Made by a program: the position numbers and the translations under genes. A DNA stretch of 62,434 bases, counting the filler, from an uncultured bacterium (GTDB lineage Bacteria; DAOPZR01), in the NCBI GenBank assembly GCA_964637655.1. It is 11 parts of 11 records of this genome, joined end to end, with 100 filler letters (N's around TTAATTAATTAA, not from the genome) between each part and the next. Parts side by side here need not be neighbours in the genome. Positions count along the whole stretch, not along the records: positions 17,498 to 23,173 come from CAZWUZ010000250.1; positions 23,274 to 28,825 come from CAZWUZ010000251.1; 9 more parts are not named here. One strand, 5' to 3'. Shown in pieces: positions 19,053-28,617 of the stretch. The first letter of the stretch is position 1; each line of letters opens with the position of its first letter. The notes under the pieces were generated by a model. That model did no database searches. It was not told the DNA's origin and worked only from the letters and a program-made list of their open reading frames with translations.

Positions 19053-19081
19053 ATTATACCATTATTGTATCCCTTTGTCAA
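19053..19081 (-). promoter_or_regulatory. Perfect-consensus sigma70 promoter upstream of flagellin
   Basis: TTGACA-17-TATAAT with a TGn extended -10. Confidence 0.8.
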
Positions 19082-19139
19082 GGGTTATGCCGCGGGCGGC
19101 AGCAGCAACCTCTGTTCTGCCATCCGGTTGCACGCGTTG

Positions 19140-20021
19140 TCAGACAGGCGGAGCCAGCGTCAGGATACGGTTGCGACCGAGGCGCTTGGCCTGATAGAGC
19201 AGGCCATCCGCCAGCGCCACCAGTTCCTGCCCGTCGCGCTCATCCTCAGGGAATGCCGCCACCCCGCCGCTGATGCTGATCTGCCCGTTGGGATGCTTTT
19301 CCCGGTTCGGGAAGGGCCAGGAGGCAATCGCCTGCCGCACCTGCTCCGCCCAGTGCAGTCCCTGCGCCCGGTCGCATCCCGGCAGCACCGCGAGAAACTC
19401 CTCGCCACCGTAGCGCCCCAGCGGGGTATGCGGCGGCAGCGCGCGCCGCGTCACCCCGACCAGTTCGATAAGCAGAATGTCGCCCGCCAGGTGCCCGTTG
19501 AGGTCGTTGAACTTCTTGAAATAGTCGATATCGAAGAACACCACCGCCAGTGGTTTCCCCTGTTTTTCCGCCAGCTCCAGTTCATTGGCCAGCAGGTCGA
19601 GGATGAAGGTCTTGTTGTAGGTGTGGGTGAAGGTGTCCGACACCGCCGCCAGCGCCGTCTCCTCCAGCTGCTCGCTGCCGATGATGCGCGTGTATTTCAG
19701 TTCGCCCGTCACGTTCTGCAGGTAATCGAGCGAGGCCACGCGCACCCCCACGTTGCGCGCGAGCACCGTGCTCAGATGGTACTTGTGCTTGAGGATCTCG
19801 TCCCAGCGCTGTCGCGCGAGCGGCTCGTCAAAGCGGAGCCCGGTCAGGGCGAAGATGATGTTGCTGTAGAGCAGTTCCCCGCTCTGCGCCACCACCTCGT
19901 CGACGTGAACGATCTCGTCACGCGTCGGGTGGCGGTCCATGGCGAAGATATCGATAATGCGGTCGTCGATGGCGGCGAGTTTCTTGAGGTCTTCGCTGTC
20001 CAGCGGACGTGAATCAGTCAT
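19140..20021 (-). CDS. Diguanylate cyclase (GGDEF)
   Basis: DIDYFKKFND..GHLAGD, RYGGEEF, LYQAKRLGRN. Confidence 0.92.
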   Translation of the reverse strand: MTDSRPLDSEDLKKLAAIDDRIIDIFAMDRHPTRDEIVHVDEVVAQSGELLYSNIIFALTGLRFDEPLARQRWDEILKHKYHLSTVLARNVGVRVASLDYLQNVTGELKYTRIIGSEQLEETALAAVSDTFTHTYNKTFILDLLANELELAEKQGKPLAVVFFDIDYFKKFNDLNGHLAGDILLIELVGVTRRALPPHTPLGRYGGEEFLAVLPGCDRAQGLHWAEQVRQAIASWPFPNREKHPNGQISISGGVAAFPEDERDGQELVALADGLLYQAKRLGRNRILTLAPPV

Positions 20022-20222
20022 GACATGCCTTTCCGGGTTTCACAGCAGCGCCATGCCGTTCCGTTGTCAGCAGGGATGCGTGCGGGCGGGCCGCCGGAAA
20101 CCAAACCGGCATGGTGTAGCATAGGTGCACCGTCGCTGTCAAAATCGCAGGAAGCGATGCATGCCGCAGCCGCCATGGAGGGCAAAAGCTGCGGCAAATT
20201 GCCTTTTAGCACGCCCTAACGT

Positions 20223-20849
20223 ATGATGACCTGCATGGAACTGGAAACCATTGCCGGGTGGCTGGTCTATTTCAGCGCGCCGGCAGCCATCTACGCGTCG
20301 CTGTTCGGCATGCTGCTGCTCTGCGGGTTCGGTCTGCCGCTCCCCGAGGATGTCACCCTCATCGCCGGCGGCTATCTTGCCTTTCTCGGAAAGGTCGATG
20401 TCCATGTCGTGCTGCTCGTCTCGTTTCTCGGGGTGATGATCGGCGACTCGACCATCTTCCTGCTCGGGCACCGCTACGGGTCGCGCCTGCTGCGCGTGCG
20501 CCCCCTGTCGCGCTTTCTCACCGAGCCGCGCCTGGCCAAAGCGCAGGGCTACTTCCACCGCTACGGCGACAAGGTCTTCTTTATCGCGCGCTTCCTGCCG
20601 GGACTGCGCACCCCGATTTTCTTCACCGGCGGTTCGCTGCACAGCCGCTTCCGCACCTTCTTCACCTACGACTTCATCGCCGCCCTCGTCAGTGTCCCCG
20701 TCTGGGTGTACGGCGCCTACTTTGGCGGCCCCTACATCCACCGGTTCATGACCTACGGGAAGTGGGCGCAGGGCGGCCTGATTGCCCTGCTGGTCATCGC
20801 CGTCGCCGGGAAGATCTGGTGGTCACGCCGCAAGGAACGCCGCGCCTGA
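20223..20849 (+). CDS. DedA family membrane protein
   Basis: GLPLPEDVTLIAGG, GD...F.LG, ARFLPGLR. Confidence 0.92.
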   Translation: MMTCMELETIAGWLVYFSAPAAIYASLFGMLLLCGFGLPLPEDVTLIAGGYLAFLGKVDVHVVLLVSFLGVMIGDSTIFLLGHRYGSRLLRVRPLSRFLTEPRLAKAQGYFHRYGDKVFFIARFLPGLRTPIFFTGGSLHSRFRTFFTYDFIAALVSVPVWVYGAYFGGPYIHRFMTYGKWAQGGLIALLVIAVAGKIWWSRRKERRA

Positions 20850-20951
20850 ACCGGTCCGCACCGCCGTGGCCACACACACTGACAACTGAACAGCGAATTT
20901 GACGTAAGCAGCAGCGTCAGGATCTGCGGAGCGCAGGAGAAATTCAGGCAG

Positions 20952-21113
20952 GGAGCAAAACGTGGTGCGCGACTGCGGTTGACCGTCCGCATTCAGCAGA
21001 GCGTAAGCAGGAGCGCGCTAAAAGGCTGGACCGGAGCAAAACGCTGTGCGCGACTGCGGTTGACCGTCCGCATTCAGCAGAGCGTAAGCAGGAGCGCGCT
21101 AAAAGGTTGGACC
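20952..21113. repeat. Tandem duplication, 2 x 81 bp
   Basis: Units 20952-21032 and 21033-21113 differ at 3 positions. Confidence 0.9.
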
Positions 21114-21137
21114 GGACGCCTGGTGGGGTCCGGTCCA
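21108..21137. terminator. Hairpin between convergent dedA and flgM
   Basis: 10-bp stem TGGACCGGAC/GTCCGGTCCA; weak U tails. Confidence 0.4.
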
Positions 21138-21193
21138 CTGAAAGGGAAATATACTGCTGACCGGCGAATGAGGGATGTGCCGGTTAGTATCGT

Positions 21194-21493
21194 CTACTGG
21201 CGACCGATCAGAGCATCCGCGATCCGTTCCGCAATCGCCTCGGCAACTTTTTCCGTCAGATAGTTGCCACTGGCAATGCGTTCCGCGGCTGCCTTGACCC
21301 GGTCGATGCGCACGTCAGGAGCAGCTTTCGCCGCCTCTGTCGCCCTGGCCACCTCAGCTGCCTGCTGAGCGGCCGGCGATATCTCGATGCGATCCCCTGA
21401 ACGCTCTGCTTTCGGCGTTTCCGCCTTCTTCGTGCGCTCTGCCCGTTGGGTCTCCTGCACCTTGTTGATGCCATTGATATTAGAGATATCCAT
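21194..21493 (-). CDS. flgM: Anti-sigma-28 factor FlgM
   Basis: DRIEIS..A, PDVR.DRV...RIASGNY; GGAGGTG RBS. Confidence 0.88.
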   Translation of the reverse strand: MDISNINGINKVQETQRAERTKKAETPKAERSGDRIEISPAAQQAAEVARATEAAKAAPDVRIDRVKAAAERIASGNYLTEKVAEAIAERIADALIGRQ

Positions 21494-21533
21494 CGACCTC
21501 ACCTCCTTTTTACCCCGTCTATCCCCTTCTTCG

Positions 21534-22529
21534 TCATTTCTGTATCCTGACTTGAGTGTTTTCTGATGAATTTTTATTATCTTCTGTTATTGCTGATTTT
21601 GTGCCTGTTATTCCGGCCCTGATCTGCCACGCTGCCACCCCGATAATAATCGACGACAGCGAACTGATAATAAAGTGGGTCATGGCAAAAGCAACCGCCT
21701 GCGCATCACTCAGCCCCATCTGCCGGAAGATGAGAATATAAAGCAGGTCGCGGGTCCCCACCCCGGCAATCGATATCGGCAGGATGGTCACGATGGTGAC
21801 AATCGACACAAAGAAACAGGTATGCCACCAGGTGAGCGGAATTCCCATACGGTTGGCAAGGTCGTACATCTGGAAGAAAATGACGATATAGGCGAGCACG
21901 GTATACAGGGCCGCCAGCAGGAAATGACGCAGCGTCAGCAGGCGGAAGTAGCCGGTAAACGCGGCGCCGCCACCCGCCACCAGGGCAGCATAGCGCTGCG
22001 GTACATGGCGACCGAGACGGGCGAAGAGCCAGGCGATGAAATTAGTCCGCGCGCAAAGCCAGGCGACCACCACCAGAAAGAGTGCGACAAAGACAAAGAG
22101 CACGGTGAGCCGCGGGCCGAGCGCGATGGTGGTGATCCCCCAGGTGCCGATGACCGCCAGCAGGCCAAGGTCGAAGATGCGGTCGAGCACGACGCTGCCA
22201 AGCGCCGCCGACGCCGGCACGCCGGTGTCCTCCCGGACGAACTGCGCGCGCAGCAGGTCTCCCACCCGGCCCGGCGTCACCATGGCGAGGTAGCCGGCGG
22301 CGCCGAAATCGAGCGCCGCCCGGCGCAGCGGCTGGCGGCAGAGCGGGCGGAGCAGGCACTGCCAGCGCAGCGACTTGAACAGCACAACCAATGCCAGCAG
22401 GGCGAGATTGTAGAGCCACGGAAGCCAGCCGGCGGCCTGCAGGGCGGCATTGACCGCCTGCAGGTCGGTACGCCAGAGGATGACGGCGAAGATGATCAGG
22501 CCGATGGCGCGCAGCAGCCAGCGTTTCAT
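21534..22529 (-). CDS. LPG_synthase_TM/UPF0104 flippase-like membrane protein
   Basis: KSLRW, TPGRVGD..R, DRIFD, LPISIAGVGTRD; ATGA overlap. Confidence 0.88.
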   Translation of the reverse strand: MKRWLLRAIGLIIFAVILWRTDLQAVNAALQAAGWLPWLYNLALLALVVLFKSLRWQCLLRPLCRQPLRRAALDFGAAGYLAMVTPGRVGDLLRAQFVREDTGVPASAALGSVVLDRIFDLGLLAVIGTWGITTIALGPRLTVLFVFVALFLVVVAWLCARTNFIAWLFARLGRHVPQRYAALVAGGGAAFTGYFRLLTLRHFLLAALYTVLAYIVIFFQMYDLANRMGIPLTWWHTCFFVSIVTIVTILPISIAGVGTRDLLYILIFRQMGLSDAQAVAFAMTHFIISSLSSIIIGVAAWQIRAGITGTKSAITEDNKNSSENTQVRIQK

Positions 22530-23173
22530 GCGGGCACCGCCAGCCGGTCGAGTCCGCGCGCCACGGTGGCGAGCATCTCCTCCGCCGTCTGCCGCTGCTG
22601 CGCCGGCGTCGCCTGCCATCTCGCCACCTTGATGTCCCAGCGGCAGAGTTCACCGAGGCGGGTGAGCGCCGCCAGGTCACTGACCGGTGTCCCCGTCGCC
22701 AGCAGGGCACGCGCCTGTCGCACCTCAGCCCGCAGTTGTGTCCAGCAGGCGTCAGCCGCCACCGCGTCAGGCACCGCCGCGTGCAGGTCTACCTGCACGC
22801 GCCAGTCGCCCGGCGCTTTCGGCAGTTCACGCCGCAATACGTCAGCCAGCGCCACCCGCGGCAGCGTGCCGGGCCCGGCCCCCGGCGGACAGGCATTGAG
22901 CGTGCGGCCGCGCCAGGCCGCCGCCTCGCGTTCCAGCCAGTGCCGCCAGTAGCCCATCTGGCGGGTGCTGTCCGGCGCCGCCAGGTCGAGCCCGTGGTAC
23001 AGCGAGCGTCCGGCCATCTCGACCGTCGCATACCGGTTGGCCTGCGCCCGCCAGCCGTCATACAGCCGCGCCCCGCGCGTGTACATCCGTTCCCCGTCAA
23101 GCACCAGGTCGACTCCGACGAGCACCACCGGGTCGCATCCCATGCGCCGCGCCAGGTCGTAGGCAGCGGTGAC
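22526..23173 (-). CDS. Maf/DUF115 (MptE-like) protein, C-terminal part
   Basis: VTAAYDLARRMGCDPVVLVGVDL. Confidence 0.75.
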   Translation of the reverse strand, partial: VTAAYDLARRMGCDPVVLVGVDLVLDGERMYTRGARLYDGWRAQANRYATVEMAGRSLYHGLDLAAPDSTRQMGYWRHWLEREAAAWRGRTLNACPPGAGPGTLPRVALADVLRRELPKAPGDWRVQVDLHAAVPDAVAADACWTQLRAEVRQARALLATGTPVSDLAALTRLGELCRWDIKVARWQATPAQQRQTAEEMLATVARGLDRLAVPA

Positions 23174-23273
23174 NNNNNNNNNNNNNNNNNNNNNNNNNNN
23201 NNNNNNNNNNNNNNNNNTTAATTAATTAANNNNNNNNNNNNNNNNNNNNNNNNNNNNNNNNNNNNNNNNNNNN

Positions 23274-23495
23274 CTCGACTACCTGCGGCGCCTGGCGAAC
23301 ATGATTGTGCAGACCTCGCGCTGCGGGCTGGGGCAGGCGGCGCCCAACCCGGTGCTCGGCGCGCTCAACAACTTCAAGGATCTCTACGCGAACCTGGTGT
23401 CGGAGCGCCCGCACGGGCTGCAGCCGACCTTCAACCTGGCGGAAGCGGTGGTCGACGCGGAGCATAACGTCGGCCGCCGGTCGCTGTACGTGTAG
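23274..23495 (+). CDS. hoxF: Bidirectional hydrogenase diaphorase subunit, C-terminus
   Basis: SRCGLGQAAPNPV; position before hoxU. Confidence 0.88.
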   Translation, partial: LDYLRRLANMIVQTSRCGLGQAAPNPVLGALNNFKDLYANLVSERPHGLQPTFNLAEAVVDAEHNVGRRSLYV

Positions 23496-23509
23496 GCGGG
23501 GAGGATACG

Positions 23510-24214
23510 ATGAGCGAACACGTTACCATCACCATTGACGGCAAGGCCATCACCGTGCCGGCGGGGACGACCGTCCTCAAGGCGGCCGAGGCGGCGGGCA
23601 TCTACATCCCGCGTCTCTGCGCCTTCAAGGACCTCGTGCCGCACGGCTCCTGCCGCGTCTGCTCGGTGCGCTGCAACGGGCGCATCCAGGCCTCCTGCGT
23701 GCAGACCGTGGCGGAGGGGATGGTCGTCGAGTACGACACCGCGGAACTCAACGAGTTCCGTAAAAACATCGTCGACATGCTCTTTGTCGAAGGCAACCAC
23801 TTCTGCATGTTCTGCGAGAAGAGCGGCAACTGCGAGCTGCAGGCGCTCGCCTACCGTCTCGGCATTGCCGCGCCGCAGTACCCGTACCAGTTCCCCGACC
23901 GCACGCTCGACATGTCGCATCCCGATGTCTATCTCGACCGCAACCGCTGCATCCTCTGCGGCCGCTGCGTGCGCGTGTCGCAGGAGACGGACAAAAAGAA
24001 CGTCTTCCAGTTCGTCGGGCGCGGCAAGGACAAACGCCTGCAGGTGAATGCCGACTCGCTCGGGGAGACCGACCTCAAGGTGGTCGATGCCGCGGTGCAG
24101 GCCTGCCCGGTGGGGGCGCTGATGCGCAAGCGCGTCGGCTACGCCGTGCCGGTCGGCAAACGGGAATTCGACGCCGCGCCCATCGGCAGCGACATCGAGA
24201 AGGGGGGCAGGTAA
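23510..24214 (+). CDS. hoxU: Bidirectional hydrogenase Fe-S subunit
   Basis: IPRLC, GSCRVC, HFCMFCEKSGNCELQ, CILCGRCVRV, CPVGA. Confidence 0.93.
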   Translation: MSEHVTITIDGKAITVPAGTTVLKAAEAAGIYIPRLCAFKDLVPHGSCRVCSVRCNGRIQASCVQTVAEGMVVEYDTAELNEFRKNIVDMLFVEGNHFCMFCEKSGNCELQALAYRLGIAAPQYPYQFPDRTLDMSHPDVYLDRNRCILCGRCVRVSQETDKKNVFQFVGRGKDKRLQVNADSLGETDLKVVDAAVQACPVGALMRKRVGYAVPVGKREFDAAPIGSDIEKGGR

Positions 24215-24215
24215 C

Positions 24216-24761
24216 ATGAGCAAAGCGCGTATTGCCACGGTGTCGCTCGCCGGCTGTTTCGGCTGTCACATGTCCGTGCTCGACATCGACGACCGTATTC
24301 TCAAGCTGGCGGAACTGGTCGAGTTCGACCGCTCCCCCATCAACGACTACAAGGAGTTCCAGGGACGCTGCGCCGTCGGCCTCATCGAGGGTGGCTGCTG
24401 CAACGAGGAGAATGTCCACGTCCTCGAGGATTTCCGCAAGCATTGCGACCTGCTCATCTCGCTGGGCGACTGCGCTATCAGCGGCGGCATCCCGGCCATG
24501 CGCAACACCGTGCCGCTGCGCGAGTGTTTGCAGACCGCCTACCGCGAGGCGCCGGGCATCTACAACCCGGGGAATATCATCCCCAACGACCCGGAAATCC
24601 CGCTGCTGCTCAACAAGGTCTATCCCTGCCACGAAGTGGTCAAGATCGACCTCTTTTTGCCGGGTTGTCCGCCGCCGGCGGATGCCATCTGGGACACGCT
24701 GGTGGCGCTGCTCACCGGCAAGCCCGTCACGCTGGCCTATGACCGGCTGAAGTACGACTGA
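24216..24761 (+). CDS. hoxY: [NiFe]-hydrogenase small subunit
   Basis: GCFGCHMS, GDCA..GG, PGCPP. Confidence 0.93.
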   Translation: MSKARIATVSLAGCFGCHMSVLDIDDRILKLAELVEFDRSPINDYKEFQGRCAVGLIEGGCCNEENVHVLEDFRKHCDLLISLGDCAISGGIPAMRNTVPLRECLQTAYREAPGIYNPGNIIPNDPEIPLLLNKVYPCHEVVKIDLFLPGCPPPADAIWDTLVALLTGKPVTLAYDRLKYD

Positions 24762-24772
24762 GGAGAACGCAC

Positions 24773-26230
24773 ATGGCGAAGAACTATACCATCCTGCCCG
24801 TCACCCGCGTCGAGGGGCATGGCAAGGTCACCATTCATCTCGACGACCGCAACGAGGTCGAGCAGGTGCGCCTGCACATCGTCGAGTTCCGCGGTTTCGA
24901 GCGCTTCATCCTCGGGCGTCCCTACTGGGAGATTCCCGTCGTGGTGCAGCGCCTCTGCGGCATCTGCCCGGTCAGCCACCACCTCGCGGCGGCCAAGGCG
25001 ATGGACCGCATCGTCGGCGGCGAGAACCTGACCCCGACGGCGGAGAAGATGCGCCGCCTGATGCACTACGGGCAGATGTTCCAGAGTCACGCGCTCCATT
25101 TCTTCCATCTCTCCGCGCCCGATTTTCTCTTCGGTACGGATGCGACGGCGCAGAGCGCGTTCACCGCGCCCGCGGCGCAGCGCAATGTCATCGCGCTGGC
25201 GGGGAAGTTCCCCGACCTGGCGGTGCAGGGCGTGATGATGCGCAAGTACGGGCAGGAAGTCATCAAAGCGACGGCGGGGAAGAAGATCCACGGCACGGGC
25301 GCCATTCCGGGCGGCATCAACAAGAACCTGAGCATCGCCGAGCGTGACGACCTGCGTAAGGAACTCGACCAGATGCTGACCTGGTCGCAGTCCGCGGTGA
25401 AGATCGCCCGCACCTTCACCGAGGAACATCTGCAGGAACTGCTGCCGTTCGGCTCGTTCGACTCCAACCACCTCTCGCTGGTGCGTGAAGGTGACGGGGC
25501 GATGGACCTCTACCACGGTGTGCTGCGCGCTGTCGACAAGGACGGGAAACGTATCGTCAACGATGTCGACTACCAGCGCTACCTGTCGGTGGTCAGCGAA
25601 GAGGTGCGTGCCTGGTCGTACATGAAGTTCCCGTTCATTACCGCCCTCGGGCCGGAGCAGGGGTGGTACCGGGTCGGGCCGCTGGCGCGGCTCAATACCG
25701 CCACCTTCATCGATACCCCGCTGGCCGAGGCGGCGCGCCAGGACTTCATGGCGCTGACCGGGGGGATGCCGAACAACGTCACCATGTGCTACCACTGGGC
25801 GCGCATGATCGAACTGCTGCACAGCATCGAGAAAATCAAAGAACTGCTCTTCGATGCCGACCTGCAGGGGACGGACCTCATGGCCTCCGGGCCGCGGCGC
25901 GAGGAGGGCGTCGGCCTTATCGAGGCGCCGCGCGGCACGCTCTTCCACCATTACCGCGTCAACAAGAACGACGAGGTGACCATGGCCAACCTCATCGTCT
26001 CGACGACCAACAACAACGAGCCGATGAATCGCGCCATCACGAAAGTGGCGAAAGACCACTATACGGGGAAGAACGACCTGTCGGAAGGGCTGCTCAACTG
26101 CATCGAGGTGGCCATCCGCGCCTATGACCCGTGTCTCTCCTGCGCCACGCACGCGCTCGGGCAGATGCCGCTGCTCGTCGAGGTGCACGACGCGGCAGGA
26201 GACGTGGTCACCAGCCGCACCCGCGGATGA
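24773..26230 (+). CDS. hoxH: [NiFe]-hydrogenase large subunit (group 3d-like)
   Basis: TRVEGH, RLCGICPVSH, EAPRG, DPCLSCATH plus a cleavable tail. Confidence 0.95.
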   Translation: MAKNYTILPVTRVEGHGKVTIHLDDRNEVEQVRLHIVEFRGFERFILGRPYWEIPVVVQRLCGICPVSHHLAAAKAMDRIVGGENLTPTAEKMRRLMHYGQMFQSHALHFFHLSAPDFLFGTDATAQSAFTAPAAQRNVIALAGKFPDLAVQGVMMRKYGQEVIKATAGKKIHGTGAIPGGINKNLSIAERDDLRKELDQMLTWSQSAVKIARTFTEEHLQELLPFGSFDSNHLSLVREGDGAMDLYHGVLRAVDKDGKRIVNDVDYQRYLSVVSEEVRAWSYMKFPFITALGPEQGWYRVGPLARLNTATFIDTPLAEAARQDFMALTGGMPNNVTMCYHWARMIELLHSIEKIKELLFDADLQGTDLMASGPRREEGVGLIEAPRGTLFHHYRVNKNDEVTMANLIVSTTNNNEPMNRAITKVAKDHYTGKNDLSEGLLNCIEVAIRAYDPCLSCATHALGQMPLLVEVHDAAGDVVTSRTRG

Positions 26231-26682
26231 ACGCGCCCGCGTTCCCGCGCGGGCGCGTGCTGCTCCTGTGTTATGGTAATACCGCGCGGCAGGACGACGG
26301 GCTTGGCCCGCTCCTTGCCGAGGCGGCAGCTGCGCTCAACCTTCCCGACCTGACGGTCGAGACCGATTACCAGCTCAATATCGAGTATGCCGCCACCGTC
26401 GCGCAGTACGACGCGGTGGTCTTTGCCGATGCTGCCGTCGATGGCCCGGCGCCGTTTTCCTTCGCGGTGGTGGAACCGAAAGCCGAGGGGAGCATCAGCA
26501 CGCACAGCGTTTCCCCCGCCGGCATCATGCATATCGCGCGGCTCCATTTTTCCGCGCCGGCCGCGGGCTATGTGCTGGCCATGCGCGGCTACGAATTCGC
26601 GATGTTTACCGAGACGCTGACGGAACAGGCGGCAGCCAACCTCGCTGCCGCGGTGGCCTTTATCCGCGCTGCCCGTCGCTGA
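26227..26682 (+). CDS. hoxW: Hydrogenase maturation protease
   Basis: YGN..RQDDGLG, QL..E, FADA, STH. Confidence 0.88.
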   Translation: MNAPAFPRGRVLLLCYGNTARQDDGLGPLLAEAAAALNLPDLTVETDYQLNIEYAATVAQYDAVVFADAAVDGPAPFSFAVVEPKAEGSISTHSVSPAGIMHIARLHFSAPAAGYVLAMRGYEFAMFTETLTEQAAANLAAAVAFIRAARR

Positions 26683-26686
26683 CCGC

Positions 26687-28174
26687 ATGCTTCGCCTTGC
26701 CGCGCTGGCCCCGTATCTCGTCGCGCTGCTTCCGCTCGTCCGCCTCGCGGTGCGCAACAGCGCCGCCTGTTCCCCGGTGGCCATTGCCGCGCTTGCCGCG
26801 CTCATCGTCGTTGCCGTGGCGCTGCTCAATCTGCTGCTGCGCCGCCTGCTCCCCGCGCCCGGGGCGCGCCGCCTCTGGCTGGCGCTGGTGCTCCTCGTTC
26901 CGTCGCTCTACCCGTTCTGGCGCACGTTCGCGGTGAATCTTGAACCGCCGCTCACGCCGCCGGTGATCGCGGCACTCTTCCTGCTGCTGACCGGCATGGT
27001 TGCTGCCATCGCGGCCTGGCGCTGGCGCCGCTCACCGCCGGGGAGCGAACCGGCGGCCATATTCGGGTTTGTCGCGCTGCTGCTCGTGGTCTTCCAGGGG
27101 TGGACACTCGGGCAGGACACGCTGCGCCGCCAGGCCGATTTCTCGGCGCACTGCGCGCAGTTGACGGCGCTCAGCGCTGCGGAAGTGCAGGCCGCCGCCG
27201 TGGCGGTGCGGGCGCCCGACATTCTGCATATCGTCGTCGACGGGTATGCGCGGGCCGACACCCTGCGCCGCGTCTGCGGCTATGACAACCGCCCGTTCCT
27301 CGACGCGCTGCGGCAGCGCGGGTTCACGATCAATGATCACGCGATTGCCAACTACCCGCAGACGCTGCTCGCGCTCGGGTCAGCGCTCAACCTGACGTAT
27401 ATTCCCGCGCTCCCCCCGCGCTACGACAACTGGCCGCACTACTACCTGCTGCAACACAGCCGGGTCATCCGCCTGCTCGAGGCGCGCGGCTATGTCGTGC
27501 GCGACGCGTCGGGCGGGTATGCCGGCATCGCCCCGGGGCCGCGCCATCGTCTTCCGGACGCGGTCTTCCCGCAGCATGCCGACCTGCTGGTGGTGCTGCT
27601 CGGGGTGACCCCGCTGCCGGATATGCTCGACGGACTGCTCCGGCCGCGCTCACTGGCGGGGCTGCTGCTGCGCCGCGCGCAGGAAATCGCCTGGCAGCGC
27701 GCCGCAGAGCCGCCGGAGGAGGCGCGCCCCACCTACACCTTTTTCCATTGTGTCAGCGCACACGGGCCGCTGCTGCATGATGTGCACAGCGACTGGCCGG
27801 AGGACATATCACAGGAAGCGCGTATCCCGCTCTATGTCGGGGCGGTTGCCTACACCGGCAACCGTTTGCTGCAACTGATCGACCGGGTGCAGGCACGGCG
27901 CGAACGCCCGACGCGGATCCTTATCCACTCCGATCATGGCTCCGACCTCTGCTATGACTGGGAGCGCCCCGAACGTTCCGACCTGCCCGAACGCTTCGGC
28001 ATCCTGCTGGCTGACAATGGCGATACCGACCCGCCGCGCTCGCCCGTCAACCTGTTCCGCCGCCTGCTGACGCGGGAATTCAACCTCGACTACCCGCTGC
28101 TGCCCGATCGTGCGTTCCTGTCCGGCGCTTCCCCGCATCTGCCCATCGACATCACCGATTCCCTGCCCCTGTAA
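26687..28174 (+). CDS. Membrane protein with an alkaline phosphatase/sulfatase-superfamily domain
   Basis: About 5 TM helices, then PDILHIVVDGY, ANYPQT, AHGP, IHSDHG. Confidence 0.78.
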   Translation: MLRLAALAPYLVALLPLVRLAVRNSAACSPVAIAALAALIVVAVALLNLLLRRLLPAPGARRLWLALVLLVPSLYPFWRTFAVNLEPPLTPPVIAALFLLLTGMVAAIAAWRWRRSPPGSEPAAIFGFVALLLVVFQGWTLGQDTLRRQADFSAHCAQLTALSAAEVQAAAVAVRAPDILHIVVDGYARADTLRRVCGYDNRPFLDALRQRGFTINDHAIANYPQTLLALGSALNLTYIPALPPRYDNWPHYYLLQHSRVIRLLEARGYVVRDASGGYAGIAPGPRHRLPDAVFPQHADLLVVLLGVTPLPDMLDGLLRPRSLAGLLLRRAQEIAWQRAAEPPEEARPTYTFFHCVSAHGPLLHDVHSDWPEDISQEARIPLYVGAVAYTGNRLLQLIDRVQARRERPTRILIHSDHGSDLCYDWERPERSDLPERFGILLADNGDTDPPRSPVNLFRRLLTREFNLDYPLLPDRAFLSGASPHLPIDITDSLPL

Positions 28175-28177
28175 AAA

Positions 28178-28221
28178 GGGGACACAATACTGATTTCGTG
28201 CAAAATCAGTATTGTGTCCCC
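28178..28221. repeat. Perfect 19-bp inverted repeat
   Basis: GGGGACACAATACTGATTT-cgtgca-AAATCAGTATTGTGTCCCC. Confidence 0.9.
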
Positions 28222-28260
28222 GAATAGTTACTGACCACGGACAAACACATCATTGCATTC

Positions 28261-28451
28261 ACCACAGAGCACGCTGAGCACGCAGAGAAAGGCGGGACGG
28301 TAACGAATTGACCACGGGGCACACGGAGCACGCGGAGCGGTTGCGGTTTGCCGCTGGTATTGCCGCTGGAACTCCCGACGATGCATGCCCGCAGGGCCTG
28401 GCATCCATCCCTTCCGGTGCTTTTCTCCGTGCACTCCGTGTACTCCGTGGT
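28261..28451. repeat. Three copies of an ACCACGGAG-(9-mer)x3 repeat
   Basis: 28261-28288 (+), 28311-28337 (+) and 28425-28451 (-); a fourth copy lies at 38021-38046 (-). Confidence 0.8.
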
Positions 28452-28460
28452 AAAGCAGTT

Positions 28461-28617
28461 GCAACCATTCAGCCGGCTACTGTATTTCCCCTCTCCCGCC
28501 GGGAGAGGAAGCCGCGAAGCGGCAGGTGAGGGCAGACACGGCCGGACGTATCCCCTCACCCGACGCTGCGCGTCGCCCTCTCCCAAAGGAGAGGGGACTG
28601 ATTGACTGAATAGTTGC
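28461..28617. mobile_element. 157-bp MITE with 12-bp TIRs and an 8-bp target-site duplication
   Basis: GCAACCATTCAG...CTGAATAGTTGC (11/12 match); AAGCAGTT on both sides (28453-28460 and 28618-28625). Confidence 0.75.

Noticed and set aside
20952-21113. Possible CRISPR array
   Set aside because: The whole 81-bp unit is duplicated, with no unique spacers and no cas genes.
21526-21555. Sigma28 promoter for flgM (TCAAG-N15-GACGAAGA)
   Set aside because: The match to the consensus is too weak to call.
23274-26682. hox cluster as a novelty
   Set aside because: It has the standard hoxFUYHW organisation and motifs.
28261-28451. Possible CRISPR array from the 27-bp repeats
   Set aside because: The copies are degenerate, in mixed orientation and irregularly spaced.
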